Below, one piece after another: positions 23,737 through 33,754 of a DNA stretch of 64,000 nt (position 1 is the stretch's first letter; each line of letters begins with the position of its first letter). The notes under the pieces are model-generated. The model was not told the origin of the DNA. It saw only the letters and a list, made by a program, of their open reading frames with translations, and made no database searches. This stretch comes from an uncultured Gemmataceae bacterium (GTDB lineage Bacteria > Planctomycetota > Planctomycetia > Gemmatales > Gemmataceae): NCBI GenBank assembly GCA_963750165.1, contig CAVVPN010000012.1, forward strand, positions 768,001 to 832,000. Reading direction: 5' to 3'. The position numbers were made by a program, and so were the translations under genes.

Positions 23737-23921
23737 TAAATGCCACGCGCGCCAGCCGCACCACGAAATGTTTCTCACTTCCTGGAAAAGCCACGGCTTT
23801 CATTGTAGCCCCTGAGAATGCCCGACGGCGAACACCGTGCGAAACCGCGGCCGGGCTGCGGCGCGCTGCTGCGGCACTGGCTTTGCTTGGGAAATCAGGG
23901 TTCCTGAGATCAGGAAAACGG

Positions 23922-23949
23922 TTGACAACCCTTCGACCCGCACTACAAA
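23922..23949 (+). promoter_or_regulatory. Possible sigma70 promoter of the bc-complex operon
   Basis: TTGACA-N16-TACAAA about 60 bp upstream of the Rieske ATG. Confidence 0.35.
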
Positions 23950-24007
23950 AGCCGCGAGGGTTCCATGACCGCCAATACTCGCGGACTTTTCGCCGATTGG
24001 GAGACAC

Positions 24008-24643
24008 ATGTCCGAACCCATTACCAATAAACCGGAAACGGCCGTCACCCCGGCCGCGCCAATCGCCACCGCTCCCGCGGCACCGCCGAAGCCGGCCATG
24101 CCGCCCAAACCCGCCGCGCCCGCCAAGGCCGCACCGCCGTCGCGCCGCTTCTTTCTGATGTCGCTCGTCGGCAGCTGGGCCAGCATCGGCTGGCTGACCT
24201 TCACCGCGTCGATGCTTGGCATGACGCTGGGGACGGTTCGCTTCCTGTTCCCCAACGTGCTGTCCGAACCGCCGACGCGCTTCAAGGCCGGCCCGCCCGA
24301 TCAGTTCGAACTGGACAAGGTCAGCGACCGCTTCAAGCCGGACGGTGCCTGGGTGGTCCGCCACAAGGACGGCGACCGCGAAATCATCTACGCCCTGAGC
24401 ACGACCTGCACGCACCTGGGCTGCACGCCGAACTGGCTGGAGGCGGAGAAGAAATTCAAGTGTCCCTGCCACGGCAGCGGCTTTTACATCACCGGCGTTA
24501 ACTTCGAGGGCCCCGCCCCGCGGCCGCTGGAGCGCTACGCCATCCGCCGCACCGACGACGGCCAGATTGAAGTCGATAAGTCGCGCAAGTTCCAGAAAGA
24601 ACTCGGCCAGTGGAACGACCCCGACTCGTTCTTGCAGGTGTGA
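24008..24643 (+). CDS. qcrA: Rieske 2Fe-2S subunit of Rieske/cytochrome b complex
   Basis: Tat-like SRRFFL + TM helix; CTHLGC and CPCHGS; GPAPRPL. Confidence 0.92.
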   Translation: MSEPITNKPETAVTPAAPIATAPAAPPKPAMPPKPAAPAKAAPPSRRFFLMSLVGSWASIGWLTFTASMLGMTLGTVRFLFPNVLSEPPTRFKAGPPDQFELDKVSDRFKPDGAWVVRHKDGDREIIYALSTTCTHLGCTPNWLEAEKKFKCPCHGSGFYITGVNFEGPAPRPLERYAIRRTDDGQIEVDKSRKFQKELGQWNDPDSFLQV

Positions 24644-24652
24644 TTTGTTTTC

Positions 24653-24717
24653 GTTCGTCGTACCGCCTTCAGGCGGAATCAGGGACGCAGATTCCGCCTG
24701 AAGGCGGTACGACGAAC
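24653..24717. repeat. REP-like inverted dimer between Rieske and cytochrome b genes
   Basis: 28-bp arms GTTCGTCGTACCGCCTTCAGGCGGAATC (24653-24680) and 24690-24717. Confidence 0.85.
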
Positions 24718-24736
24718 CAACCCTGAAAGGGCACCC

Positions 24737-25510
24737 ATGGCGATTGGGGACTACATCCGTAACTCGCAGGTCTGGAAGAGCATCTTCCGCCACCCGGCGC
24801 CGCGCGACCGCCGCAACCGTGTGGTGGTCATGCTCACCAACGTGTTCCTGCACCTGCACCCGGTCAGCGTGCGCAAGAGCGGCATCGACCTCAGTTATAC
24901 CTGGTGCATGGGCGGTATCACGTTCTTCCTGTTCCTGGTCGAGACGGTCACCGGCGTGCTGCTGATGTTCTACTATCGGCCAACGCTGGAGCACGCCTAC
25001 AACGACATCCTGTCGCTGCGAGACGTGGCGACGCTTGGTATCCTCCGTGAGCTGCACCGCTGGGGAGCCCACGCCATGGTCATCACGATCTGGCTGCACA
25101 TGTACCGCGTCTTCCTCACCGGCAGTTACAAGCCGCCGCGTGAATTTAACTGGGGCGTCGGTGTGATCCTGCTCGTGTTAACGCTGCTGCTGAGCTTCAC
25201 CGGCTACCTGCTGCCGTGGGATCAGCTGGCCATCTGGGCCATCACCGTCGGCAGCAACATGGCGCGCGCGACACCACTATTAGGTTACGAAGGGCCAGGT
25301 GCCAAATTCCTCGCTGTGGGCGGAGTGGAATTAATCACCTCGGGGAGCGATGCGCGCTTTATTTTGTTAGGCGGCCGCTTCGTGGGGGAGACGGCGCTGC
25401 TGCGCTTCTACGTGTTGCACTGCGTCGCGATTCCGCTGGCGGTGGCGCTGCTGATCGCGGTCCACTTCTGGCGCGTGCGCAAGGACGGCGGTATCAGCGG
25501 CGCCCTGTAA
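24737..25510 (+). CDS. qcrB: Cytochrome b6-like (split cytochrome b, N-terminal part)
   Basis: WCMGG (heme ci Cys position), [40 protein letters not shown]...IAVH. Confidence 0.92.
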   Translation: MAIGDYIRNSQVWKSIFRHPAPRDRRNRVVVMLTNVFLHLHPVSVRKSGIDLSYTWCMGGITFFLFLVETVTGVLLMFYYRPTLEHAYNDILSLRDVATLGILRELHRWGAHAMVITIWLHMYRVFLTGSYKPPREFNWGVGVILLVLTLLLSFTGYLLPWDQLAIWAITVGSNMARATPLLGYEGPGAKFLAVGGVELITSGSDARFILLGGRFVGETALLRFYVLHCVAIPLAVALLIAVHFWRVRKDGGISGAL

Positions 25511-25515
25511 TTGGT

Positions 25516-25557
25516 TTGCAACGTGGGGCAGACATTCCTGTCTGCCCCACGTTGCAA
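25516..25557. repeat. Perfect hairpin (19-bp stem), REP-like GTGGGGCAG family
   Basis: TTGCAACGTGGGGCAGACA-TTCC-TGTCTGCCCCACGTTGCAA; related core at 33672-33695. Confidence 0.8.
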
Positions 25558-25588
25558 GAACTTCTGTTCCCCGGGATCGGCCAGCGCC

Positions 25589-26869
25589 ATGCACAACCAC
25601 GAAAGCCTCACCAACAGCTTCCAGGACGGCCTGGGGGTGTTTTACCTCCTGGTCGCGCTGATGAATCTGGGGTTCGCCTACCCTTACTACCGCAGTAAAG
25701 ACACGCGCATGGCCGGCATCTGGGCGGCCGTTGCGGGCGTGTTCCTGCTCCACGCCGCCGCCTACTTCCTGCACCTCGGCTGGATGCTGCCGGTCGGCAT
25801 CCAGCACCTGGTCAATGCCACGATGAACGCGGTCAGCTATTTCGTCATCTCGACCATCGCGTTCATCCTCATCCTACGTTTTCGCCGGACGGTTACGGAG
25901 CCGGTGTTCGCGTGGTCGGTCCTCAACGTGGTGCTGCTGTTCTCCGGTTGGGCGATGACGAGCAAAAGTTTCGCGGCCATTATCACCAAGCCGGATAACG
26001 TGCCGATCACCATGCTCATCTTCTCCGTCGGCTTCTTCACCTGGCTCGGCCTGCGCCTGGCCGTCATCAATGACGAGCGCATGGCGAAGGGCGAACCGCC
26101 GATGGAAAAACTCGGCGACGACAAGGTGCTGGTGTGGCCGGACCTCGTGTATACCGAATTGATCGCCATGATTGTGGTGACGTTCGGCCTGACCGTGTGG
26201 GCGGTGTTCCTCAAGGCGCCGCTGGAGGCGCCCGCGTCGCCGGCCAAGATTCCCAACCCCAGCAAGGCCCCGTGGTACTTCCTCGGTCTGCAAGAAATGC
26301 TCGTCTACTTCGATCCGTGGATGGCCGGCGTCGTGCTGCCCACCATGATTATTGTGGGCCTGATCGCCATGCCCTACATCGACTTCAACCAGAAGGGCAA
26401 CGGCTATTTCACCTTTAGCCAGCGCACGTTCGCCCTGTCCACGTGGATGTTTGGCTTCCTGGTGCTGTGGGTGGTGCTGATCGTGCTGGGCACGTTCCTG
26501 CGCGGGCCGAACTGGAACTTCTTCGGCCCCTTTGAAGAGTGGGACCCGCACAAGACGGTGCCGCTCAACAACATCAATCTGTCGGATTATTTCTGGCTGC
26601 TCTGGCTCGGCTACGGCATGGAGGGCATGGGCTGGTTCATGCGCGAGCTGCCCGGCATCATTCTGGTGCTGGCGTATCTGCTGCTGCTGCCGCCGCTGCT
26701 CGCCAAGACTGTCATGCGCAAATTCTTCATCAAGATGGGCTTCATGCGCTTCTTCGTGCTGGTGACGCTGTTGCAATTCATGGCGGCGCTGCCGATCAAG
26801 ATGGTGCTGCGCTGGACCATCAACCTTAAATACATCGTGTTCATCCCGGAAGCCTTCTTCAATATCTAG
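25589..26869 (+). CDS. Cytochrome b subunit IV-like membrane protein with N- and C-terminal TM extensions
   Basis: VWPDLVY, PLEAPA, PNPSKAPWYFLGLQE (PEWY equivalent), PYID; many TM segments. Confidence 0.82.
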   Translation: MHNHESLTNSFQDGLGVFYLLVALMNLGFAYPYYRSKDTRMAGIWAAVAGVFLLHAAAYFLHLGWMLPVGIQHLVNATMNAVSYFVISTIAFILILRFRRTVTEPVFAWSVLNVVLLFSGWAMTSKSFAAIITKPDNVPITMLIFSVGFFTWLGLRLAVINDERMAKGEPPMEKLGDDKVLVWPDLVYTELIAMIVVTFGLTVWAVFLKAPLEAPASPAKIPNPSKAPWYFLGLQEMLVYFDPWMAGVVLPTMIIVGLIAMPYIDFNQKGNGYFTFSQRTFALSTWMFGFLVLWVVLIVLGTFLRGPNWNFFGPFEEWDPHKTVPLNNINLSDYFWLLWLGYGMEGMGWFMRELPGIILVLAYLLLLPPLLAKTVMRKFFIKMGFMRFFVLVTLLQFMAALPIKMVLRWTINLKYIVFIPEAFFNI

Positions 26870-26876
26870 GACCAAC

Positions 26877-29800
26877 ATGGCCGCCACCGACCAAACCTAT
26901 CGCAGCCAGCGGACCCTCGATCTGGTGTTCGGGGTGTCGTCCCTGTTGATGCTCGTGAGCATCGTGTTGATGTTCGCCCAGGATTACTTCCGGCCCTGGA
27001 AGACCGAGCAGCGCGCCTTCCTCAAGACCGAATCGGTCATGGCCGAGCGTGAGGCCCTGCATGACGTGGCCATCATGGCCGACCGCTATGACGCCGCCAT
27101 GTACAAGGTCGTCACGCAATTGAACGAGCACAGTAACAATAAGCAGAAGATCAAGGACCTCGACGACGACATCAAATCCCTCACGCCGAAGAAGGAGAAG
27201 CAAGATAAGGTCACGGCCAACGTCAAGGCGGACCTGGCATCGCGCGAGAGTTTCTACAACATCGCCGTCGAAACGCACGGCCCCGGCGGCACCGAGGCCA
27301 GGTTGCTGTGGGACGAGGTCGTGCAGTTGCGCAAGAAGTTGGCCGACGAGCAGGACACGGCCGACCGTCTCACCGAGGAGATCCAGCGCAAGACGCGCCA
27401 GCGCAACGAACTCGAGAGCGGCCTGGCCCGCGCCCGCACTGAGTTGACCGAGGTCACCGGCGATCTGTTGCGCAAGGTACGCACCGCCCTCAAGAAGCAG
27501 TGGGGCTGGGGTGACTGGTTCCGCTCGCTGCCGATCCTCGACGCCTTCGCGTCACCGACCAAGATCGACCAGATCACCCTGAACGAACTGACCATCGACT
27601 ACAACTTCAAGGGCGTGACCCGCTTCGACCGCTGCATGACCTGTCACAAGGGCATCGACCGTGTCGCCTACACCCGCGAGAAACTGCGCTCGCTGCGCGA
27701 AGTGCCCGCGGACCTGAAAATCCGCCTGGAACGCCTGAAGCAGATTCTGCGTGAGGTCAAGGAGGCGTTCGCCGGCACGCCCGAGGCGAACAACGTCCCC
27801 GACCCCGAACAGCTCAAGATCACCAGCATGACGCACGAGGAGCTGACGCCGGAGCGGATCAACGAGTTCTGCGTCCATCCACGATTGGACCTGTTTGTCG
27901 CCTCCAGCAGCAAGCACCCGGCGGAGAAGTTCGGCTGCACCAGTTGCCACGCCGGCCAGCCGAGCGGCACCGAGTTCAAGTGGGCCTCGCACACGCCCAA
28001 CAACCCCAAGCAGGCAGCGAATTGGAAGAAGCAGCTCGACTGGGCGAACAACCACGACTGGGAATTTCCGATGCACCCGAAGCGGTTCATCGAGTCGTCG
28101 TGCCTGAAGTGCCACCATCAGGTCACCGACCTGATTTCCACGACCGGCAAGCAGGAAGCGCCCAAGCTGCTGCGCGGCTACAACCTGATCCGCGAGAACG
28201 GCTGCTTCGGCTGTCACGAAATCAGCGGCACCAAGGGCGGTCGCTCCATCGGCCCGGACCTGCGGCTGGAGCCGAAGCCGCCGCTGGAGGACCTGACGCC
28301 CGGCGAACGTGCCCGCCTGCTGGCAGACGCCGACAATCCGCCCGGCACGCTGCGCAAGGTCGGCCCGAGCCTGTACCGCATCGTCGAGAAGACGTATCCC
28401 GAGTTCACGCGCAAGTGGGTCATGGGCCCGCGCGACGTGCGGCCGACGACGCGCATGCCCCACTACTACAACCTTAGCAACAACAATCCCGAGGCTCTGG
28501 CGAACACCGGCCAGGAACATTTCCCCGCGGCCGAGGTCTACGGCATCACGCACTACCTGTTCACGGAGAGCGGCCGCTTTCTGGACGGCGTCCGCGAGCA
28601 CGGCGAGGCGAAGCGCCTGGCCGACGAGCAGACGGTGCGCGTGCTCAAGGCCGAATTGCTGGGCAAGGCCCCGGCGTCGCTGACGGCGGCTCAGAAGAAA
28701 CAGAAGGCGGAACTGGACGCCGCGCTGGCGCGGCTGGACCGCCGCAAGGCTGACGAGCAGCTGGTTGCCAAATTGACCATCGAGTTGACCGACAAGCAGC
28801 GCGTCAAGGAAATGCTGCCGAACGTCAAGGAAGAGAAGGAACGGCAGCTGGAGGAAGTGCGGCTGCGGTTGTCGCTGCGGAACGTGCCGCTGCCGGTCCC
28901 GGAGCGGGCAGAGCCCGCGTACCGCAAGTTTACCTACACCGACCTGCCGTCCGAGGAGAGCTTCAAGAAGACGCACAAGGAGAAGTACAAGGAGGCCTTC
29001 GCGGAGTTCCTGAAGGACCTGAAAGATGCCGACGTGGAGGGTCTCTTCCTCGCTGATGGCCGGCGGCTGTTCAGCAGCAAGGGCTGCCTGGCCTGCCACC
29101 AGCACGCCGGCACCGGAAGCCCGCTGGAAGTCAAGATCGCATACGAGGACGAGGGCGGCAATGATAAGACCATCCACGTGACCGTCCCGCCTGCCGTCAG
29201 CGAGGCGAACTTCGGGCCGGACCTGAGCCAACTGCCCGCCAAGCTGCTGAGCAAGGACAAACAGAACCTGCCGCACGCCCGCGGCTGGCTGGTGCAGTGG
29301 CTCAAGGATCCGCATTTGCACAGCCCGCGCTCGAAGATGCCGGTGACGCACCTGACCGATGAGGAGGCGTCCAAGATCGCCGAGTGGCTGCTCGCCCAGC
29401 CGGCCCAGCGCCTCGGCGACGGCTACGCGAAGTCGCAGATCAACAAGCCGAGCGAGCAGACGCTGGAGGCGCTGTCGCGTGTCTACCTGGTCCGCGTGAT
29501 GGCCCGCTATGAGGTGGACCGCTTCTTCAAGGGCGAACTGGACGCGGGCCGCATCAAGGAGCTGCCGGCCGACGAGCGGGCGCTCGGCGAGCGGATCATG
29601 CACCTGAAAAAGACCTTCGAAGAGCGACAGGCCGCCGGCAAGGCCCGGACGCAGAGCGAGGTGTATCAGGATGATCTGAGCTGGTTCGTCGGCCGCAAGG
29701 CCATCGGCCGGATGGGCTGCTTCGGTTGCCACGACATCCCCGGCTTCGACAACACCAAGAACATCGGCGTCAACCTGAACGATTGGGGCAAGAAGGACCC

Positions 29801-32066
29801 CGGCCGCCTGGCGTTCGAGAACATCAAGCAGTACCTGGAAGACAAGTATCACGTTGTTGAGAGTTTGGTGGACAAGAACGGCCAGCCGGTGCCGGCGAAG
29901 ATCGATGGCAAGCCGACGTATGAGAAATTCTTCGCCGACATGCTGGACCACCATCATCAAACGCGCGAGGGCTACCTTTATCAGAAGCTCAAGGCGCCGC
30001 GCAGCTACGATTACACGCGCGACAAGGCATGGGACGACCGCGCTCGCATGCCGCAGTTCAAGTTCGCCCAGGCGATGCCGAAACACGCAGAGACGCCGGA
30101 GGAGTTCAAGGCGCGCAAGGACTGGGCCGCGGCCATGAAGAAACCGCTGCCGGCCAAGGCCAAACCGCGCGGCCCCGAGACGCCCGAGGAGTTCCACGCC
30201 CGCGCTCACCTGGAAGAGGCCGAGGCTCGCGAGGCGGTCATGACGTTCGTGCTCGGCCTGGTGGCGGAACCAATTCCGATCAACTACCTGAACACGCCCA
30301 GCCCGGATCGCCTGGCCGTCGTCAAGGGGCGGCAGGTGCTGGACAAGTACAACTGCGCCGGCTGCCACATTATCCAGCCGGGCGAGTACGAGTTCCGGCG
30401 CAGCAAACTCAGCCTGGCCCAGCTGGACTTCAAGTATGAGGCGATCCGCACCGAGCAGGGCGATCCGAGCAAGGACGACCTGGACAAGGTGAAGGAGGCG
30501 AGGACGCCCGCGGACAGGGCCGCGAAACAGCTGGAGTTGCTGAAGAAGGAGACCGACTTCAACTTCCCGGACCATCTGGCCTGGGCAGGGCGGTTGCAGC
30601 CGCCGGGTGGCGAGATGCTGAAGCTGTACGGCGTGAAGCCGACGCTGCTGCCGGGGGCGATGGGCGTGGCCGAGGAGGGCGGCCAGCGGGTGGCCGGCAA
30701 GAAGATTCCCGCCTTCTCCGTGCGGCTGGTGCAGGCGCTGCGCTACCAAAGTGCCATCAACGGCAAGAAGGGTGCGCGCGAGGAAACACGCAACGTGCGC
30801 GCCGGCAACGAGGTCTATCTGAGCCCGGCGGAGATGATCTGGCCGCCGCCCGAGGCGCTGGCGTCGCCCGAGGCGCTGCGTGCCTTCGAGCGCCGCTTCG
30901 GCACCTTCGGCGGCGCCTTCTCGGACGTGCTGTCGAAGTACCTGACCACGCTGAACTCGAAGAAGTACGGCGACATCACCGACCTGTCGAAAGCGCGACA
31001 TTTCGGGCCGCCGTCGCTGATCTGGCAGGGCGAACGCACGCAGCCGGACTGGCTATATCGTTTCCTGCTCAACCCGACCAAGGTGCGCGAAATCACCGTG
31101 CTGCGCATGCCGCGCTTCAACATGAGCGAGGAGGAGTCGAAGGCGCTGGTAAATTACTTCGCGGCCGTGGACAAGCTCAACAATCCGAAGCAGAACCTGG
31201 ACTACCCCTACGCCCGGGTGCCGCAGCGCGGCAGTCCCCATGACGAGTTCTGGCGCAAGAAGACCGCGGAGTACATCAGCCAGCTGAAGAACACGCCCGA
31301 TCCGCGCGACCCGAAGAACAGCAAGAAGAGCCTGCTCGACAAGGAACTGGACGACCTGACGCCGATGTGGAAGGAGATTCTGGCCAACGCCCAGACACAG
31401 GCGGTCAAGGTGAAGGCCCGCTACGAGGAGGTGCTCAAGCCGTTCGAGGAGAAGCAAAAGAAGGTCGTCGAAGCCAACAAGTCGCTGACCGCGCTCAAGC
31501 AAGAGTTGAAGGACGAGAAGGACGACGGCAAGAAAAAGGCCATCCAGGAACGGGTCACCAAGGCGGAGGCCGAGGTGAAAAAGTTGGAGGAGGAGCGCAA
31601 ACCGTTCGAGGAGCCTTATAATGTTTGGGAGAAAGAGAACGACCGCATGCAGCAGCTGGTGGCGGGCCTAACCCTGGAGCGACAGCGCGAGCGCTGGCGC
31701 GACCACGAGGCTTACGCCCTTGGCGGTATGAAGTTGGTGGTGACGGTCTGCTCCAAGTGTCACCCGGTCGGCTTCATCCGGCCGGAGAACGAGACGGCGG
31801 GGCCCTCCCTGAATCTGGCGACGAACCGACTGCGACCGGACTGGGCGAAAATCTGGATCGCCAACCCGATCCGCATGGTGCCGTACACGCCGATCATGCC
31901 ACAGAACTTCAAACGCAACGAGCCGACCAGCGTGGAGATGTTCCACGGCACCGGCCTGGAACAGGTGCGTGCGGTGCGCGATGTCATCATGAACTGGCCT
32001 GAACTGTCCGAACTGCCGCTGGCCCGCCACTGGCTGGTCACGCGCGGCACAGGGGAGAAGAAATGA
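26877..32066 (+). CDS. Giant membrane-anchored multiheme cytochrome c (8 CxxCH)
   Basis: N-terminal TM, coiled coils; CMTCH, CTSCH, CLKCH, CFGCH, CLACH, CFGCH, CAGCH, CSKCH; repeated GPxL...MP class I cytochrome c motifs. Confidence 0.9.
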   Translation: MAATDQTYRSQRTLDLVFGVSSLLMLVSIVLMFAQDYFRPWKTEQRAFLKTESVMAEREALHDVAIMADRYDAAMYKVVTQLNEHSNNKQKIKDLDDDIKSLTPKKEKQDKVTANVKADLASRESFYNIAVETHGPGGTEARLLWDEVVQLRKKLADEQDTADRLTEEIQRKTRQRNELESGLARARTELTEVTGDLLRKVRTALKKQWGWGDWFRSLPILDAFASPTKIDQITLNELTIDYNFKGVTRFDRCMTCHKGIDRVAYTREKLRSLREVPADLKIRLERLKQILREVKEAFAGTPEANNVPDPEQLKITSMTHEELTPERINEFCVHPRLDLFVASSSKHPAEKFGCTSCHAGQPSGTEFKWASHTPNNPKQAANWKKQLDWANNHDWEFPMHPKRFIESSCLKCHHQVTDLISTTGKQEAPKLLRGYNLIRENGCFGCHEISGTKGGRSIGPDLRLEPKPPLEDLTPGERARLLADADNPPGTLRKVGPSLYRIVEKTYPEFTRKWVMGPRDVRPTTRMPHYYNLSNNNPEALANTGQEHFPAAEVYGITHYLFTESGRFLDGVREHGEAKRLADEQTVRVLKAELLGKAPASLTAAQKKQKAELDAALARLDRRKADEQLVAKLTIELTDKQRVKEMLPNVKEEKERQLEEVRLRLSLRNVPLPVPERAEPAYRKFTYTDLPSEESFKKTHKEKYKEAFAEFLKDLKDADVEGLFLADGRRLFSSKGCLACHQHAGTGSPLEVKIAYEDEGGNDKTIHVTVPPAVSEANFGPDLSQLPAKLLSKDKQNLPHARGWLVQWLKDPHLHSPRSKMPVTHLTDEEASKIAEWLLAQPAQRLGDGYAKSQINKPSEQTLEALSRVYLVRVMARYEVDRFFKGELDAGRIKELPADERALGERIMHLKKTFEERQAAGKARTQSEVYQDDLSWFVGRKAIGRMGCFGCHDIPGFDNTKNIGVNLNDWGKKDPGRLAFENIKQYLEDKYHVVESLVDKNGQPVPAKIDGKPTYEKFFADMLDHHHQTREGYLYQKLKAPRSYDYTRDKAWDDRARMPQFKFAQAMPKHAETPEEFKARKDWAAAMKKPLPAKAKPRGPETPEEFHARAHLEEAEAREAVMTFVLGLVAEPIPINYLNTPSPDRLAVVKGRQVLDKYNCAGCHIIQPGEYEFRRSKLSLAQLDFKYEAIRTEQGDPSKDDLDKVKEARTPADRAAKQLELLKKETDFNFPDHLAWAGRLQPPGGEMLKLYGVKPTLLPGAMGVAEEGGQRVAGKKIPAFSVRLVQALRYQSAINGKKGAREETRNVRAGNEVYLSPAEMIWPPPEALASPEALRAFERRFGTFGGAFSDVLSKYLTTLNSKKYGDITDLSKARHFGPPSLIWQGERTQPDWLYRFLLNPTKVREITVLRMPRFNMSEEESKALVNYFAAVDKLNNPKQNLDYPYARVPQRGSPHDEFWRKKTAEYISQLKNTPDPRDPKNSKKSLLDKELDDLTPMWKEILANAQTQAVKVKARYEEVLKPFEEKQKKVVEANKSLTALKQELKDEKDDGKKKAIQERVTKAEAEVKKLEEERKPFEEPYNVWEKENDRMQQLVAGLTLERQRERWRDHEAYALGGMKLVVTVCSKCHPVGFIRPENETAGPSLNLATNRLRPDWAKIWIANPIRMVPYTPIMPQNFKRNEPTSVEMFHGTGLEQVRAVRDVIMNWPELSELPLARHWLVTRGTGEKK

Positions 32067-32851
32067 ACCGCTTGCTCATCACCGCCGGCCTCGTCGTCGG
32101 CCTGGTGGGGATTGCTTCCTCGCCCACGTCCACCGCGGTGGCCCAGAACGGCGCCGCCAACTGGGTCACCATCAAGGGCCGCATTATCTGGAAGGGTAAG
32201 GCGCCCGAGCGCGAGAAGATCCCCGTCACCGCGGACAAGGCCCACTGCCTGTCCAAGGGCGATCTGTTGACCGAGGATTACCTGGTCAACCCCAAGAACG
32301 GCGGCCTGGCCAACGTCTTCATCTGGCTGCTGCCCAAGACGGACGACGGCAAGTTGCCGATCCACCCGAAACTGCAGAACGTCAAGCTCAAGCCGGTGAT
32401 GATGGATCAGCCGTGTTGCATGTTCGAGCCGCGCGCCATCGCCATCCGTGAGGGCCAGGTGGTCATCGCCAAGAACAGCGCCCCGGTGCCGCACAACGTG
32501 CGCGTGACCGGCAACCCGGACGTGAACCCGGGCTGGAACCCGAGCCTGCCGTCGGGCGCGACCTATGAGTTGAACAAGCTGAAGGCGCAGAAGCTGCCGC
32601 TGATGGTCGAGTGCAACATCCATCCGTGGATGCGCGCCCGCATCGGCGTCTTCAACCACCCGTACTTCGCGGTCACGGACGAGAACGGCAACTTCGAGAT
32701 CAAGCTGGCGCCCAAGGGCGAGTATCGGCTGATGATCTACCACGAGAGCGGTTACCGCGGCGGCAAGGCCGGCAAGAACGGGATGCCGATCACCATCAAG
32801 GGCGGTCAGACGCTGGACCTGGGCAAACTTGAGTTCAACGTCAAGAAGTAG
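32063..32851 (+). CDS. Secreted cupredoxin-like / carboxypeptidase-regulatory-like domain protein (paralog 1)
   Basis: Signal peptide; DQPCCMFEP, HNV, ECNIHPWM, HPYFAVTDENGNFEI. Confidence 0.75.
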   Translation: MNRLLITAGLVVGLVGIASSPTSTAVAQNGAANWVTIKGRIIWKGKAPEREKIPVTADKAHCLSKGDLLTEDYLVNPKNGGLANVFIWLLPKTDDGKLPIHPKLQNVKLKPVMMDQPCCMFEPRAIAIREGQVVIAKNSAPVPHNVRVTGNPDVNPGWNPSLPSGATYELNKLKAQKLPLMVECNIHPWMRARIGVFNHPYFAVTDENGNFEIKLAPKGEYRLMIYHESGYRGGKAGKNGMPITIKGGQTLDLGKLEFNVKK

Positions 32852-32868
32852 TGTAGCGGAGAAAGCCC

Positions 32869-33657
32869 ATGCAACGCTTCCTGATCGCCGCCGGCGTCGT
32901 CGCCGTGCTGGCCGGACTGACCGCGACGCCCACGGCGCCTGTCAGCGCTCAGGTCAACAAGAACGACTGGGCGACCGTCAAGGGCCGCATCGTCTGGAAG
33001 AACGCCCCGCCGCGCGAGAAGATCGTGGTCAAGGTGAACAAACCGGACTGCCTGAGCAGGTCCGCCGACGGCAAAACCATTCTCGACGAGGAAATCGTGG
33101 TCAACCCCAAGAACAACGGGCTGGCCAACGTGGTGGTGTTTCTGTTGCCGAAGCAGGACGGCGGCCTGATCCCGCTGCACCCGGATTTGAAAGCCATCAA
33201 GAACAAGCAGGTGGTCATGGATCAGCCCTGCTGCATGTTCGAGCCGCGTGTCGTTGCCGTCCGCGAAGGGCAGGAGCTGGTCGTCAAGAACAGCGCCAAG
33301 ATTCTGCACAACGTCCGCTGGCTCGGCGAAATGGGCGTCAACAAGAGCGGCAACATCCTGCTGCCGCCTGGCCAACAGAAGGTCATCGAGGGGCTTAAGG
33401 TCCAGCGCGGGCCGCTCCTCGTCGAGTGCAACATTCACGGCTGGATGAAGGGCCGCATTGTCGTCTTCAACCACCCGTATTTCGCCGTCACCGACGAGAA
33501 CGGCAAGTTTGAAATCCCGAAGGCGCCCCAGGGCGAGTACCGGATCAAGTTCCTGCACGAACAGGGCTACCGCCTCGGCGCCAAGGGCAAGAACGGCCAG
33601 CCGATCACCATCAAGGGCGGCAAAACGCTGGACCTGGGTGATTTGCCTTTCCGGTGA
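32869..33657 (+). CDS. Secreted cupredoxin-like / carboxypeptidase-regulatory-like domain protein (paralog 2)
   Basis: Collinear with paralog 1; HNV, ECNIHGWM. Confidence 0.75.
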   Translation: MQRFLIAAGVVAVLAGLTATPTAPVSAQVNKNDWATVKGRIVWKNAPPREKIVVKVNKPDCLSRSADGKTILDEEIVVNPKNNGLANVVVFLLPKQDGGLIPLHPDLKAIKNKQVVMDQPCCMFEPRVVAVREGQELVVKNSAKILHNVRWLGEMGVNKSGNILLPPGQQKVIEGLKVQRGPLLVECNIHGWMKGRIVVFNHPYFAVTDENGKFEIPKAPQGEYRIKFLHEQGYRLGAKGKNGQPITIKGGKTLDLGDLPFR

Positions 33658-33671
33658 GAGCCGGAGTTTTT

Positions 33672-33695
33672 GTGGGGCAGGCTTTCCAGCCTGCC
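33672..33695. repeat. Single REP-like hairpin
   Basis: GTGGGGCAGGCTTTCCAGCCTGCC. Confidence 0.6.
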
Positions 33696-33754
33696 GAACC
33701 GTTTCGTTAACTCTCAGGCTCGTCGTCCCGGCCTGTTTTTTCGGAGAACTGATA

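Noticed and set aside
27552..31001. Very long antisense ORFs (also 39202..42354, 42074..44830, 857..2584)
   Set aside because: Shadow ORFs expected opposite high-GC genes; no recognisable motifs.
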